Shown: piece after piece, positions 48,001 through 56,861 of the stretch
Layout: every line of letters starts with the position of its first letter
Position numbering within the stretch: position 1 is the stretch's first letter
Assembly: GCA_964519305.1 (NCBI GenBank)
Contig: CAZFHY010000001.1
Location: 314,132-378,131, forward strand
DNA: 64,000 nt
DNA from: Candidatus Undinarchaeota archaeon
GTDB lineage: Archaea > SpSt-1190 > JASMDC01
Reading direction: 5' to 3'
The notes under the pieces: generated by a model
The model's database searches: none
Told to the model about the DNA's origin: nothing
Seen by the model: the letters and a program-made list of their open reading frames with translations, nothing else
Translations under genes and position numbers: made by a program

Positions 48001-51000
48001 GACGAGCAGCGATAATCCCGCCCGAGCCCACTGGGACCGCGGCGATTACATGGAGCGGAACGCGGGTCGCGCGATGATGGGTGGTAGCATGGCCCCGCCC
48101 GGGGCACCGATGGCCGCCATGGAGATGGAAGAGGGATTCGCCATGGCCGACAGCGATATGGTGATGCAGAAATCCTCCGAGTCGAAGGCCATGTCCTTGG
48201 GCGCCGACGATACCGCTGCAGTGCTGGCGACGGTGCAGATGCGCACGATGTTCCCAGAGACATTCTTGTGGGAGCCGTTCGCCCTCACCGGCGAGGACGG
48301 CACCTTCACCACCACTGTGATGGTCCCCGACTCGCTCACCACCTGGAAGGCGGCCGTGTACGCGTCCACCATGGACGCCCGGTACGCCGAGAACGCCACC
48401 GACTTCGTCTCGCAGAAGGAGTTCTTCATCAAGCCCTACTTCCCGGCTTCGCTCACGCAAGGCGACAACACGACCATGCAGATGACCGTGCACAGCTATC
48501 TGGACGGCGACCTCGATACGCTCGCAGGGCTCAAGGAGGAGGAGTGGTTCGATCTGTTCACCCCCAATGCGGCCACATTCACCCTCCACAAGGACATCCC
48601 CCAGTCGGTCTCCTGGCGCCTGAGGGCCCGTACGCCCTTCTTCCAGAACCTCACGTTCTTCGCTACGGCATCGGCGTCCGACGGGACCGAGCTCACCGAT
48701 GGTGTCCAGGACCGCATCTGGGTCCGGCCCAACGGTGTGCCCTGGGAGGAGACCGTGTCAGGTGACACTGACAAGGAAGAGGTGACATTCACCATCAATG
48801 TGCCCAAGGAGGCCTACGACATCTCCGTGCGTGGTTACGCCCGGTTCGGCTCCGAGTCGCTGTCCATCTACACAGGTTCCGCCCGGGTGGACGGATACTC
48901 CTATCCGACAACCGAGGTCACCGCGTCCAAGATCATACCCACCGTACTCTCCCACGAGTACCGAAAGAAGCTCAAGCTCATCAGCAGCGAGCGCTGGTTC
49001 AAGGAGCGGGTCCGCAGCCTTGCCCTCGAGCTTGTGTTCATGCGCCACGCCGACGGCGGCTGGGGCTGGTGGAAGAAGGGTCCGTCGACCACCTACATGA
49101 CGGCCTACGCCCTTCGGGCGCTCTCCACCGCCAAGCGCCACGTGCTCGTGGACGACTCGATGATACAGGGCGCGGTCCGCTGGCTGGCCAACCACGCCAA
49201 CGGCGACGGGTCCTACAACGGCACTCAGTGGCTCACCGGCAACGATGCCGGGATGACCGCCTACGTGCTCCTCTCCCTGGCAGAGGCGGGTCAGTCCGTT
49301 CCCGGTGAGGGGATGAACTTCCTGCATCAGAAGTGGGTTGCTGGCGAGATCAGCGATCCATACACCATCGCACTTTACGCACGACTGCTCTCGCACACGC
49401 GTGATGCCCAGGGCGACGAACGGGCCGTTGTGAACAAGCTGCTCTCCCTGCTCAAGGAGGAGGATCCCTACATCTCGTGGAGCCGCGGGTATTCGCTCGG
49501 CGGGCCCGACGAGACCACAGCACAGGCCGCGATGGCTCTCCTGGAGCAGCCGGCCTATCGCGATACCGCAAAGGCCGCGCTGAAGTGGCTGCGTGAGCGC
49601 AATCCCTGGGAGTTCACCACCACCGCCGACCAGATCGCCTCTCTGGCCGCTCACCTGCGGCTGCTGGAGATCGAACCGCCCGTCATCCCCGACATGAACG
49701 TCGAACTGTACGTGAACGGTGAGCGGATCGACTCGGTCCATCTCGAGGGCATCTGGGGCATGTCGGGCGAGCTGCGCCTCACCGACTTCCTGCGACATGG
49801 TGATAACACCATCCGCATCGTGCGCCGCGGGAAAGGAAAGCTGTTCTACGACGTGTGGTCCACGGCCACCCTGGGCGGTAACGTGACCGCCGCGTTCGAG
49901 GTGGGCGAGCCCGCCTCACCGGGCGTGTACCCGGTCAAGATGACCCTCACACCCCACGCAGACGTGGCAGTGCCCGCACGCATCAGCATCGAGCTGCCCG
50001 TACCCGACGGTGTCGAGGTGCGGCCCACGCGCCGGCTCTACGTGGACAGCCTTCCCGAGCCACGGACCTTCGAACTCTACTACGTCACCGACCGCGCCGT
50101 CGATCGGCTGGAGCTGGGTAAGGCCAAGGCCGAGTACGGTCTGGCCCGCGGTACCAAAGTCGGCGGTAAGCAGTTCGAAACATGGGAGCTCCCGACGCTT
50201 ACCAACACCGAACCGGCCGGCACGGGCCCTGCGCTCACCGTCTCAAAGAGCGCTTCCTTCGCCACCGCAGGCAGGGATCGTGTACATGTGACCCTCGTGG
50301 TCCACAATACCGGGAACGATCCTGTGACGGGCGACCTCTACGACTTCGTGCCCGCCGGACTGACCGCGGCCGGATCCGAGGACAAGGACCCCGACCTCGC
50401 GCTGCACTGGCCTGTGGACCTCGTTGCCGGAGGAAGCACATCTGTCACCTACGAGCTCTACGGCGAGCCCGGGAAGTATAAGCTCGACGCCGCCGTCGCG
50501 TTCACCGATGACGGCATGGTATCCTCCGAGCCCGTCGGTATCGTGCTGGTCCGTGGCGAGGACATCGTCGTGCTCCGTACCTACGACACCACCGTCCCCG
50601 ATCCCGGGGACAACGTCAATGTGTCCATCACGGTCACCTCGGGCGTCCACCAGCACTTCGTGGTGGTAGAGGAGCCCATCCCACCCGGGTTCACCGTGAC
50701 CGGATACGCCGACGAGGGCGGTTCGGTACGCAAGGTCATGGTCAAGGCCGACAAGATCGTATGGTTCCTCGATCACACAAGCGACGTTGGTCTGTGGTAC
50801 GAACTGTCCGCCTCGTCCGAGGGACGGGTGCAGGCGGCCGGTACTCGCGCCTACCCGCAGTTCACGCCCGAGAACGAGGGCTTCGCTGACGAGGTCGTGC
50901 TGTCCATCGGCCAGAACGCCCCCGAGCCAGAGCCCGTGCACGTAGTGGAGCTGCCCTACGCCGAGGGCGTCGTCGTCGAGGACCCGCAGCCGACGGCAAG

Positions 51001-52537
51001 GCCTGTGACCACTCCCGGTCCGACGACCGATGCCACGCCCAAGCCCACCGCAGCCGCCACCCCGCGGCCGACCGTGGACATCCCAGAGGATCCAGCTGCC
51101 CGAGAGGCCTACTACCGGAACGCCATGGCCACCATCGATAGTGAGGCGGCGAGCATAGAGGATAGCGACGTCCGTGCCCGTATCGCTGACCTGCGCAAGG
51201 AGCTCGAGGCCGCCGTGAACGCTGACGACCACGGCCAGGCGAAGGCCCTCATCCAGGATATCAACCGCGAGCTCGACAAGGCCTCCGGCGTCCCGCCGGG
51301 CCCGGCCGGTATCCCCCACCTCAAGACCGTGCTGGCCGTTGGATTCATCATCGCAGCGCTCTTCGCCATGTCGATGTTCCGTAGTGGTAAGAGCGGCGGC
51401 GGGGGCGGTCTGAACGCCATGATTCTCGTGTGCCTCGCCACTGGTCTGGTGCTAGCGGCCGTATTACCGGAGGCGCCCGCCACCGCGATGACGCACGTGG
51501 ACATAACGGAGCGCGAGCTCTTCGTCAGGCCAAGCCTTTCCATCAATGTTGGTGCGCCCGAGGACGAGACCGTTGCTCTGACGTATAACATGGAGCTGTC
51601 CATGGTCAACCGACAGGAGACGGCCGTTGAGGCCGTGTCCTTCGTCATCGATCAGCCCGGACTGACCCTTGTACCCCAGGAGCGTGAGGACTACACCGAG
51701 AGTGCCCATGCGGCCCCAAACGGCGGTTCCATAATCACCGTGGCGTTCAAGACACCGGTGTTCATCGGCGAGGAGCGTTCCGTGTACATCGAGCTGAAGG
51801 GCGAGACCCAGCTCACCGACCTCGAGACGACCATCAAGACGGGCTTCTCAACGCCGGAGTTCTTCCGTTCCTACAACGTCCAGCTCACGATGGCCAACGG
51901 CATGTCACTCAACCGGACGAGCTTCGCTACCGCGAGCACCCGGGAGAACGAGTGGAACCCCGACTGGGCCCAGTGGAGCGAGACCTGTGCGTACGGAGAG
52001 GGTGAGGATACACTTAACGATGATCAGTGCTTCAGTGACGCCGTGGGCATCACGGCCACCCTGCGGGCGAGGCCGGTCACCATCACTGACGTCGTCATAA
52101 AGGACATCCTCAAGCGCGACCTGAAGCGCACCCGCACATGGACTATCACCTACCAGAACATCGGGCGGAAGTCCGTGGAGCGCCTGCCTTTCGACCTGGG
52201 CTCGAGGACCACGATCGCTACGAGCGGCGTGACCTTCGACAACGGCGAAGCTGTGCTCGCAACGCCTCTAGGGTACAAGGACACGATCACCATCGAGGCC
52301 CGTGAGAAGACGTCATCCCTCGGGTACGGCCAGGCCACCCTGGAGACCACGCCGGACGAGCTCAAGCGGGCCATCGCTCCGGCGCGGCGCTACAGGGCCC
52401 ATGTGGAGGTCCATGGCCTGACCATCGAGTGGCAGGACGGGCTCTGGAATGCCGATCGCGAGGAGGAGAGCGGTGTCATCACTTTCGATATGACTGACAC
52501 CAGCCCCATCACATATAGGATGCGGGTCGTGACCTAG
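45047..52537 (+). CDS. Alpha-2-macroglobulin-family surface protein, 2496 aa
   Basis: Signal peptide; TDRPIYNPGQTV (MG2), FPETFLW, PDSLTTWKA, DGGWGWW..TAYAL, VEEPIPPGF. Confidence 0.9.
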   Translation: MGDRGRLSIVLLVTIIIALAMAQGANTKVLPLVVQRYYEPGETMEVKLAYFDDSGLVTGEPTIIQLTDPRGQVMDKQTITPSGSTASYTYKIPMGTPPDYQDPWFGSWTMTALMGNYMKAVTFDVRRQVGRRYHRGLYEKEAYISQHPYANDAAIIISPRTSVLPSGVDTPLPVTAIHRFGPYRGVMIVRVYTDTEKVFEEFTWVEDGTYVPTVNLEPGSYHIVADIFPGEGRRTQATSLTAAPAIVLVPTPDRCNVFVVVLLDPATLKPVPGASVTVNGVTLTTDTAGHVLFPKGSVANDRTSISYTLPDGRKGSYEVGTYSSCSSSSWTDIAFATDRPIYNPGQTVFFRGYSWKWTGERVLPVSQKIKVTLRSNRGFTILEETVTSNEYGIYDGHVTLPMNIDEETYWFQVDGGRGQQIEVKFFEKKQLISEMELDKEHEGYDHGDVVKGNVSLRYYFGKPASNSDVELTVWWAAREPGSGYYGGPVYYDEPMYYGGGMDLYEPMMAKEISYRGMPSPPWGGGPGLVKLQVYKRINLTTDTDGVGSFEVPLEELKGTHIIVDAHITDPAGRTVDLSKNAKLAPEVTVNVAMTYYPGNETLHLTATSKGTDASNLRSMTMDLTGVPPDGEPEKIKSLTLDPTTGSKVEQDFTVSRDVALKYMYLEGELGVVDRYGRAWGAFGQAVSGKYELTLTPRLDGEKVVAELALIDTLTGEPVSDNDMRWSFNGPMAGQSVGIHIQTSSDGTETIGVPVPHHPEGLYAISATATIGFNEETGYDRGLTLTVQRPVVLGTIRTARLWTLTQEVEPGDEARFVRQYNGFDPDAVIVERHYMRNIPLRTVVRTVGDGGNVTVGIPTSEDDLGGVGLAVFVVGTNGITYPLGGQARLKLKGLRTTISVDREVYEPRDDLTLTVTVTDKEGRPVPNAAVGVKVVDQSVIDASERGDVVSRPLSRSWSITSNANFQGNMNMRRMYGTPVSDPAKLETSSDNPARAHWDRGDYMERNAGRAMMGGSMAPPGAPMAAMEMEEGFAMADSDMVMQKSSESKAMSLGADDTAAVLATVQMRTMFPETFLWEPFALTGEDGTFTTTVMVPDSLTTWKAAVYASTMDARYAENATDFVSQKEFFIKPYFPASLTQGDNTTMQMTVHSYLDGDLDTLAGLKEEEWFDLFTPNAATFTLHKDIPQSVSWRLRARTPFFQNLTFFATASASDGTELTDGVQDRIWVRPNGVPWEETVSGDTDKEEVTFTINVPKEAYDISVRGYARFGSESLSIYTGSARVDGYSYPTTEVTASKIIPTVLSHEYRKKLKLISSERWFKERVRSLALELVFMRHADGGWGWWKKGPSTTYMTAYALRALSTAKRHVLVDDSMIQGAVRWLANHANGDGSYNGTQWLTGNDAGMTAYVLLSLAEAGQSVPGEGMNFLHQKWVAGEISDPYTIALYARLLSHTRDAQGDERAVVNKLLSLLKEEDPYISWSRGYSLGGPDETTAQAAMALLEQPAYRDTAKAALKWLRERNPWEFTTTADQIASLAAHLRLLEIEPPVIPDMNVELYVNGERIDSVHLEGIWGMSGELRLTDFLRHGDNTIRIVRRGKGKLFYDVWSTATLGGNVTAAFEVGEPASPGVYPVKMTLTPHADVAVPARISIELPVPDGVEVRPTRRLYVDSLPEPRTFELYYVTDRAVDRLELGKAKAEYGLARGTKVGGKQFETWELPTLTNTEPAGTGPALTVSKSASFATAGRDRVHVTLVVHNTGNDPVTGDLYDFVPAGLTAAGSEDKDPDLALHWPVDLVAGGSTSVTYELYGEPGKYKLDAAVAFTDDGMVSSEPVGIVLVRGEDIVVLRTYDTTVPDPGDNVNVSITVTSGVHQHFVVVEEPIPPGFTVTGYADEGGSVRKVMVKADKIVWFLDHTSDVGLWYELSASSEGRVQAAGTRAYPQFTPENEGFADEVVLSIGQNAPEPEPVHVVELPYAEGVVVEDPQPTARPVTTPGPTTDATPKPTAAATPRPTVDIPEDPAAREAYYRNAMATIDSEAASIEDSDVRARIADLRKELEAAVNADDHGQAKALIQDINRELDKASGVPPGPAGIPHLKTVLAVGFIIAALFAMSMFRSGKSGGGGGLNAMILVCLATGLVLAAVLPEAPATAMTHVDITERELFVRPSLSINVGAPEDETVALTYNMELSMVNRQETAVEAVSFVIDQPGLTLVPQEREDYTESAHAAPNGGSIITVAFKTPVFIGEERSVYIELKGETQLTDLETTIKTGFSTPEFFRSYNVQLTMANGMSLNRTSFATASTRENEWNPDWAQWSETCAYGEGEDTLNDDQCFSDAVGITATLRARPVTITDVVIKDILKRDLKRTRTWTITYQNIGRKSVERLPFDLGSRTTIATSGVTFDNGEAVLATPLGYKDTITIEAREKTSSLGYGQATLETTPDELKRAIAPARRYRAHVEVHGLTIEWQDGLWNADREEESGVITFDMTDTSPITYRMRVVT

Positions 52538-52571
52538 GCGGGACGCAGGCGCTCACAGGCGTCCGTGACGG

Positions 52572-52802
52572 CTAGAGCTCCACCAGCTCGCGCTTCTCCC
52601 GTCGGGTCATGCGCTTGATCTCGATCTCCCTGCGCAGGGCCTCGCTCTTCGTTGCGTAGGCCTCGGAGAACACCATCGCCACCGGGAGCCGGGCCCGTGT
52701 GTACTTTGCACCCTTGCCACTGTTGTGCGTCTCCAGTCGCTTTCCGAGATCGGTAGTGTATCCTGTGTAATAGGTGCCGTCGGCACACTCGAGGATGTAC
52801 AC
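52572..52802 (-). CDS. GIY-YIG nuclease (UPF0213-like)
   Basis: [38 protein letters not shown]. Confidence 0.9.
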   Translation of the reverse strand: MYILECADGTYYTGYTTDLGKRLETHNSGKGAKYTRARLPVAMVFSEAYATKSEALRREIEIKRMTRREKRELVEL

Positions 52803-52837
52803 GAAATGTCCGTGATCGGTCAGGATCGGTCAGCTCC

Positions 52838-53077
52838 CTACATGTACTGGGACGGGTGCTTCCCGTCGACCTCGACCACGATGATGGCATCCGAGTCGAT
52901 CCAGTGGACCTCGCCCTTCTCATCGCTCACAGCTAACACGGTGAACTCCCCTTTGTCCTCGGATGGTGCGAAATTACCCAGCAACATCCCCGGCCGCGCC
53001 GCCTTGAAGGCGCCGAACCCCGTTCCTAAAAGCACGTACCGCGCTCCCGTTTCTTTCTCCTTCACGATGATGGCCAT
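52838..53077 (-). CDS. Small hypothetical protein
   Basis: 79-aa ORF, YVLLGTGFGAFK; TTTATCAA upstream. Confidence 0.65.
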   Translation of the reverse strand: MAIIVKEKETGARYVLLGTGFGAFKAARPGMLLGNFAPSEDKGEFTVLAVSDEKGEVHWIDSDAIIVVEVDGKHPSQYM

Positions 53078-53167
53078 GGTACCACGTCCCTTACGAGCCC
53101 ATGTAGGTTCACCTTGATAAACCCGTCGCCACCCAAAGGGCAGCTATTTATTCAGGTCGTCGTGACA

Positions 53168-53515
53168 ATGTTTGCCACGATGGACGGGCACTATCTCCCC
53201 ACACAGGAGAACCTGGCGTACGTGCACGACCATCTGGAGAAGTTCGGCAACTTCCCCGAGAACGAGATGATGCTAGAACGACTTGCCGAACACGGTGTCC
53301 GCACAGAGTACGACCAGAACTTCCTCGACCATGAGCTTACCGAGCGATGCTACATGGACGAGCAGGGGATGGACTACGATACCGCTCACGAACGCGCATT
53401 GAGCGACCTCGGCGTGTCGCCTTACGCGATCTACGACACAAGCGTAGTCGCAGCACTACCCGAGCACTTCAATGATAACTGGTACTCTTTCCACGGTATC
53501 GAACGCGAGTTCTGA
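53168..53515 (+). CDS. Acidic protein with HExxE...Y..AH motif
   Basis: FLDHELTERCYMDEQGMDYDTAHERAL. Confidence 0.65.
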   Translation: MFATMDGHYLPTQENLAYVHDHLEKFGNFPENEMMLERLAEHGVRTEYDQNFLDHELTERCYMDEQGMDYDTAHERALSDLGVSPYAIYDTSVVAALPEHFNDNWYSFHGIEREF

Positions 53516-53551
53516 AGAGAGGACTCAATTAGTAAGACCTCGGTCCCTGAC

Positions 53552-53881
53552 TCACATGCCAAAGGGTGTCGGCCGTCCAGTATCGTCAAGTTCCTCAGGG
53601 ACCTCGTTCCCCCCGGTGACCAGCACAACGAGGCTGCATAGAGGGAGGATGTCCCTCGGGTGACCTAGCAGGGCTTCACCGCACCCTAGCCCCAGCAGGA
53701 GCTTCTGAGCCTTCGTCGGAGCGAGGTCGGTCACGAGGTCGAACTGGACCAGTGCCAGCAACGGGTCCAAGAGGGATAGCACGGGTACGTACTCGAGGTT
53801 GAACGTGTTGAGGATATCGATTACCACGGCGAGAAGGAACCGGGTCGCGACCGGCAACTCCTTCCAGATTCCCGAAACCAC
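53552..53881 (-). CDS. Small hydrophobic hypothetical protein
   Basis: 109-aa ORF; TTAAAT upstream. Confidence 0.5.
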   Translation of the reverse strand: MVSGIWKELPVATRFLLAVVIDILNTFNLEYVPVLSLLDPLLALVQFDLVTDLAPTKAQKLLLGLGCGEALLGHPRDILPLCSLVVLVTGGNEVPEELDDTGRPTPFGM

Positions 53882-53935
53882 GGTGCGTTCACCCCGGATT
53901 ATCAGTAAGGGGACTCATCCATTTAAGCATAGGTG

Positions 53936-55123
53936 TCAGCGGCCAGAATCCTCACTCTGCTGACGCCCCTTTTTCACCGTCCGCTCCCAGGCAGGGTCCT
54001 CACCGCCCGCTAAGCGGTTGGCGATGAAACCGATAGGGACTAGGATGCACATGTACACGTCCAAGAGGCCCGTAAGGGGGAGGTAGAGTATCAGGCCCTG
54101 CTTGTAACCATAGATCCGCATGTAGACCAAGTAAAGGAGCACGGTCAACAGCAGGAGTGCAGGGTAGGGTTGCCCCTGTCCCAGAAGCACGGCCACGAGC
54201 GCCCATAGTGCCACTAGTGGCATGCTGATGTCCAGCCCCATGAGCACTACATCAACTATGCGTCCCAGGTAGTAGGGATTCCCGCGCGCCTCGCCGAAAG
54301 CGTTCAGGTACTCCTTGAGGGCACCGCCGCCCCATCTCTTACGCTGTCGAAGGAGCGTGTCCAGATCATCGGGCACCTCCTCGGTAACTATCGCCCCTGG
54401 GACGTATGCCACACGACGACCTGGCTCCTCATAGATACGGCGGGTGATGTAGAGGTCCTCGGCGAGCACCGTTTCGTCGAACCCGCCCAGATCGTTCAAC
54501 AGCTCCCGGCGTATGGCGAAGTTGCGTCCGGGTACGGGCACGAATAGCTTGTGACGAGCACGGTGGGCGTAGAGCCCGCCGTAGTACCAAGCGTACTCGA
54601 GGGAGACCAGCCTTGTGATCCAGTTGTCGGTGTGCTTTGCAGAGAGGATGCACCCTACGGCCACGGCCGAGTCGCCCCGGGCGATGGGGGCCACCAGCGA
54701 GCGCATGGCACCGCGCTCAGGCACGTTATCGGCATCGTAGACCACGAGCACCTCCCCAGGCGCGTTCTTAATTGCCTGGTTCAGGGCATGCGCTTTGCTC
54801 GCCCCGCCCTCGCCCTCGGGGACCGCCGTAAGATGATCGTGTTCCTCGGCGAACTCACGGGCGATCTCCATAGTACGGTCCTTGCTTTTCCCGACGATCA
54901 CAAGCACATCGTGCTCACCGGGGTAATCGAGGCGGGCGAGCGCCTCCAGTGTCTCAGCGATCACTGCCTCCTCGTTGCACACGGGGAGCACTACTGTGAC
55001 CGTGGGCCACGTCTCCGGCTCCGGTGATTCTCGTTGCCCCCCAAATAGGTTGCTGACTATCTCCGATAATAGCAGGATGGCGTAATAAGCACCAGCGACT
55101 ACAAGGAGGGTCGTGAGGGTCAC
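53936..55123 (-). CDS. GT2 glycosyltransferase, processive (cellulose/PNAG synthase-like)
   Basis: KAHALN, YDAD, LAED, QRKRW; TM segments at both ends. Confidence 0.9.
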   Translation of the reverse strand: MTLTTLLVVAGAYYAILLLSEIVSNLFGGQRESPEPETWPTVTVVLPVCNEEAVIAETLEALARLDYPGEHDVLVIVGKSKDRTMEIAREFAEEHDHLTAVPEGEGGASKAHALNQAIKNAPGEVLVVYDADNVPERGAMRSLVAPIARGDSAVAVGCILSAKHTDNWITRLVSLEYAWYYGGLYAHRARHKLFVPVPGRNFAIRRELLNDLGGFDETVLAEDLYITRRIYEEPGRRVAYVPGAIVTEEVPDDLDTLLRQRKRWGGGALKEYLNAFGEARGNPYYLGRIVDVVLMGLDISMPLVALWALVAVLLGQGQPYPALLLLTVLLYLVYMRIYGYKQGLILYLPLTGLLDVYMCILVPIGFIANRLAGGEDPAWERTVKKGRQQSEDSGR

Positions 55124-55181
55124 GGGAAGGGCACCGTCGGACTACAGCTTTATATGCCTGCCCCTAAGGGCCCGGGCGACC

Positions 55182-56840
55182 TCAGGCAGTGACCAGATAC
55201 CCGCCTATGACCATGGCGTCAAGCCCGATGCGCTTGAACGTGCGTATGGCGTCGTACGGCGTGCGCACGATAGGCTGGCCACGGGAGTTGAACGAGGTGT
55301 TGAGGACCACCGGCGGTTTGCCCTCCTTGGCGAACCGCGAGATGAGCTTGTGGTAAAGGGGAGTCGCCCGTCCGTCCACGGTCTGGAGCCGTGCCGAGCC
55401 GTCCACGTGGGTCACGGCAGGGATCTCGTCCCGTTTCTCCTCCCGCACCGGGTAGGTGAGGATCATGAACGGCGAGGGATGGTCGCCCTCGAAGTACTCG
55501 GGCAGGTGCTCGATGAGCACTGACGGGGCCAGCGGCCGCCACATCTCCCGGTTCTTGATACGGTTGACGCGGTCATGCATCTTTGGGTCCGTGGGGTCCG
55601 CGAGGATGGAGCGCTGGCCAAGGGCCCGGGGACCGAACTCCAGCCGGCCCTGGTACCAACCGATGACCTTGCCCTCGGCGATGAGCACTGCTGCGGTGCT
55701 GGCCGGGTCGTCGACAGGTTCGCCGGTTAGCCCCTCGTCAGCCAGTGCCCGGGCGATGGCTTCGTCGTGGTATGACGGGCCAAGGGCCGCTGTGATCATG
55801 GTCTCGACATGGACGCCTTCCTCGTGGCAGAGCTGGAAGGCGGCCCCCAGTGCCGTACCAGCATCGCTGGCGGCGGGCTGGACGAACACACGGTCCACCA
55901 TGGGCGTGCGCAGGAGCACTCCGTTCATGGAGCAATTAAGGACCACCCCTCCTGCCAGGCAGAGGTCCTTGTACCCGCTGGTCTCGTGCAGACAGTCGAC
56001 CATCTCTATGGCCACACGCTCCAATGCATCCTGCAGGCTTGCTGCGATGTCCTGGTGCTCCTTGGTGGGCTCGCCGCCGTACCGGATGTGCCGGGCCAGC
56101 TCATGCACGTGGTCCATGCGGATGTTGTAGTCGTGGTGCAGCACCTCGACCATCTTGACGTACTCGGGCCTCGGCGTACCGTAGGGCGCCAGGCCCATGG
56201 TCTTTCCCTGTCCGAACCGACCAAGACCGAGGATTAGGGATATGAACGTGTAGAGGATGCCCATGGAGTTGCTCTCGGCGATGTCCTTGACGGGCTCGAT
56301 ATCCCCGTCGCCTACGAACAATGAGGTGGAGTACTTCTCCCCCGAGCCGTCCATGACAAGGATGTTCGCCTTCCCGAACCCGGACGCACGGTAGGCGGAG
56401 GACGCATGTGCCAGATGGTGTCGGACTATCTCGAAGTCGAGCCCCATGCGCTTCTGCATGTACTTGCGCTCGAGCTTCCGGCGGTTGATGAGAGCGTTGA
56501 ACTGTGTCCAGTACGCAGCGTTCCCGGCCGCCTTGATGAGCGACTGCGGGAGCCGGTCAATGGTGCTGAGCCAGGCCGCGGGCGGGTGGAGCATGGTAGC
56601 GGGGAAGACCTGGTACCGGTCGAACCGGGGTACACGGAAGTCGTTGTACTCCATGGTGTACACGACGCGGTCGATGCCCGAGAAGTCGCCACCTGTGACA
56701 TGCTCGATGGCGTTGAAGGGGAATATGTCTACGTGTCGCCGGTAGGTGAAACGCTCCTCCTCGACCGCGGCGATGATGCGTCCGTCCTCCACGAGGGCCG
56801 CGCTTGAGTCGCTGCAGTCGTTTATGGCCAGGATGCGCAT
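55182..56840 (-). CDS. O-carbamoyltransferase (NodU/CmcH/TobZ family)
   Basis: EEERF, HHLAHA, DGSGE, GKTMGLAPYG, AGGVVLN, EFGPRALGQRS, HVDGSARLQT, LNTSFN. Confidence 0.93.
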   Translation of the reverse strand: MRILAINDCSDSSAALVEDGRIIAAVEEERFTYRRHVDIFPFNAIEHVTGGDFSGIDRVVYTMEYNDFRVPRFDRYQVFPATMLHPPAAWLSTIDRLPQSLIKAAGNAAYWTQFNALINRRKLERKYMQKRMGLDFEIVRHHLAHASSAYRASGFGKANILVMDGSGEKYSTSLFVGDGDIEPVKDIAESNSMGILYTFISLILGLGRFGQGKTMGLAPYGTPRPEYVKMVEVLHHDYNIRMDHVHELARHIRYGGEPTKEHQDIAASLQDALERVAIEMVDCLHETSGYKDLCLAGGVVLNCSMNGVLLRTPMVDRVFVQPAASDAGTALGAAFQLCHEEGVHVETMITAALGPSYHDEAIARALADEGLTGEPVDDPASTAAVLIAEGKVIGWYQGRLEFGPRALGQRSILADPTDPKMHDRVNRIKNREMWRPLAPSVLIEHLPEYFEGDHPSPFMILTYPVREEKRDEIPAVTHVDGSARLQTVDGRATPLYHKLISRFAKEGKPPVVLNTSFNSRGQPIVRTPYDAIRTFKRIGLDAMVIGGYLVTA

Positions 56841-56861
56841 GGTCGTCTCACTCTCACGTCT

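Noticed and set aside
52572-52802. GIY-YIG homing endonuclease or mobile intron
   Set aside because: Short stand-alone UPF0213 type with no DNA-binding extension and no interrupted host gene.
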